Shown here: one piece after another, positions 61,721 to 64,000 of the stretch
How the letters are laid out: every line of letters begins with the position of its first letter
Position numbering within the stretch: the first letter of the stretch is position 1
NCBI GenBank assembly: GCA_002104905.1
Contig: MCFE01000469.1
Span: 1-64,000, forward strand
Direction: 5' to 3'
Length of the DNA stretch: 64,000 nucleotides
Source: Basidiobolus meristosporus CBS 931.73
Lineage: Eukaryota; Fungi; Basidiobolomycota
Made by a program: the position numbers and the translations under genes
The notes under the pieces: model-generated
Seen by the model: only the letters and a program-made list of their open reading frames with translations
The model's database searches: none
Told to the model about the DNA's origin: nothing

Positions 61721-64000
61721 CCCCAATAAGAAGGAAGAAGCAACTGCTTCAATAAGCAATGATAACCAATAAAGGAGGTACCCAAGACCTTACAAAGGCA
61801 ACAGCAATCTGTTTTGCAACTACTGCAAAAGGAAAGGACACACATCAGACTGGTGTCTTAAAAAGAGAGATTATCAGCAAAAGAAGCCTGAATATGGAAA
61901 TCCTGCAACAACTGAAGATAGACTACTCATATCTGCACTAAATATGACCACAAACAAGGATTTTTAGATGTGGTATATTGACTCTGGAGCTTCTCAACAC
62001 TTTACATGCCAAAAAGAACTTCTTACCCAATATCAAGTAATTCCAATCAAGAAGGTTTTTGTGGGTGACAATAGAACACTTGATGCAGTGGGAGAAGGAA
62101 CTGTGCAAGTAAGCCTTAGAAGCCATGAAGGAGGCCATACACTGACCTTCAAAGAAGTACACTATGTACCAGAAATAACCAGAACCTACTATCTGTAAGC
62201 AAGGTCACTGCAGAAGGACTCAGTTTCAGCTCTGACAACTCTGGATGCAAGATCACTGATCAAAATGGTGCCCCTATTGCTTTGGGTATCAGAGATAAGA
62301 ATTTATACAAGTTGACTTATATTCCATCATATTTGGGAGCCAATATAAGTAACTTAAGTGAAGAAACACCAATGCTATGGTACAGGAGATTTGGGCATAT
62401 CAATTTTGATTATTTGCATAAAATGATCAAAGATCAGCTAATTTCTGGAGTAAAAATTGATCCCCCAGCTAGTTTGGAGCACTGTGAAGCCTGCATATAT
62501 GGTAAACAAGTCAGACAACTGTTCAAGCGCTCTGGGTTAATCAAAGCTAAGAAGAAATTAGATCTAATTCACTCAGATCTGTGTAGACCTATGCAAATAT
62601 TATCCTTGTGTGGGATGTAGCATTCAATCACTTTTATTGATGATTATACATAATACATATGGGTCTACTTCATGGGGAGAAAGGAAGAAGCTCTGCCTAA
62701 GCTCAGGGAATTTAAAGCCATGGCAGGGAGAGAAACTGGTAAAAAAATCAAGTAAATACAATTTGACACTGATTGAATATATACCTCAAAACTCTTCACC
62801 TGCTTCTGCCAAATTCATGGGATAAAACCAGAGACTACAGTACCAAACTCCCCACGGCAAAATGGAGTAGCAGAACATGCAGACAGATCAATAATGGATA
62901 AGGCAAGATCTATGATCCATGATCAAAAATTATCCTATGATTTTTGGGTGGAATCAGTTGCCACAGATGTATACCTTGAAAATAGGAGCTATAACAGAAT
63001 ACATTGTGATTCTACTCCATGTGAAGCATGGTATAGATACAGACCACGTGCAGAGCATCTTAGAATATATGGGTGCACAGCATATGCCAAGAAACTGCCA
63101 AGAAATCTGTCAAAACTTGAGCCAAAAAGTGTAAAATGCATATTGTTGTACTACTGCAATGAGAGTAAGGCATACAGACTCTACAATACCAAAGTAAAGA
63201 AGCTAATGAAGTCCAGGGATGTGTTGTTTGATGAAAAATCAAAATCTTCACAAAATATGACATTAGATAATGACAAAATCTCATCTCAAGTCCACCAGTT
63301 TTCAGAATTGAATCAGAGCAAATAGTGAGAACTTTATCACTCCAGAGGACTCCACAACCATGGTTCAGCCTGAAGCAGTGCCCTGGAATATCCCAGAAGT
63401 GATCATTCCATTATCAAATGCCTGGAGATCCAATTGGACAAGAAATAGCCCAAAGTACTATATCAATGAGGGTACAAACTTAGCCTATGCCTATTCAGTC
63501 CATATTGATGAACCCTAGGCTGTAAAAGATTCCTGAGATAGCCCTCAGACAATGTTTTGGAGATCTGCAATGACTGAGGAATATTAGGCCCTGATGGAAA
63601 ATCAAGCTTGGGACTTCATCATATTACCAATCAATCAAAAATCAATTGGATGCAGATGGGTCTTCAAGACAAAATATAAGGCTGATGGTACAATTGAAGG
63701 ATACAAAGCAAGACTTGTGACCAAAGGATACTCTCAAACAAAAGGACTTGACCATACTGAGACCTTTGCACAGGTAGCCAAGTTTAATTCCATCAGATTT
63801 ATATTGGCTATTGCAGCCAAATATAGATTTTATTCATCAAATGGATGTAAAAACTGCATTCTTGAATTGAGAACTTGATGAGGATGTATATATAGACTAG
63901 CCTGATGGGTTTGCTGACCAAGATAACCCCCATTTGGTCTGCAAGCTTAAAAATTCTCTATATGGTCTCCAACAATTACCAAGAGCCTGGAATTGCAAGA
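61721..64000 (+). mobile_element. Copia family C internal region (gag end, protease, GAG-pre-integrase, integrase, RT start); runs off the window
   Basis: WYIDSGASQH (61968); LWYRRFGHINF..CEACIYGK; WVESVATDVYLEN; GCRWVFKTK. Confidence 0.92.

Noticed and set aside
1-64000. Neurospora-type RIP (CpA->TpA)
   Set aside because: CpA and TpG are abundant and aligned differences are CG->TG/CA; the pattern fits CpG deamination.
1-64000. Host genes, tRNA/rRNA, Helitron or viral genes
   Set aside because: Nearly all sequence is explained by TE homology; I recognised no cloverleaf, rRNA, Rep/helicase, capsid or env-like motifs.

Overview
Eukaryotic, gene-free, nested transposon cluster, most consistent with a large repeat-rich fungal genome (inferred from the TE lineages; not provable here). 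Essentially the whole window is decayed mobile DNA. It contains two Ty1/Copia families (C, D), two Ty3/Gypsy families (A with 1071-bp LTRs, B with ~368-bp LTRs), an orphan LTR family (E), a CMC/EnSpm-like (tnp2) DNA transposon family with CCCTATG termini (T), and three copies of a PIF/Harbinger-superfamily (DDE_Tnp_4) transposon with AGACTTGTTC TIRs and AAT/ATT target duplications (P). Family letters are my own labels. CpG is strongly depleted throughout, with CG->TG/CA decay visible between paralogues. I found no host gene, RNA gene, CRISPR array or intact autonomous element. The most notable observations are: (1) the two-gene P element, which has a CpG-free transposase next to a CpG-rich partner gene and 10-bp-phased subterminal arrays; (2) apparent sequence-specific targeting by Gypsy A (GCGG twice) and Gypsy B (CTAT twice); (3) T copies acting as landing pads; (4) a GC-rich triple-hairpin cassette at 13.6-13.75 kb; (5) a 197-bp identical patch shared by two diverged Gypsy copies. 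All alignments and counts were done by eye. Boundaries not anchored on TSD/TIR/TG..CA ends are approximate.
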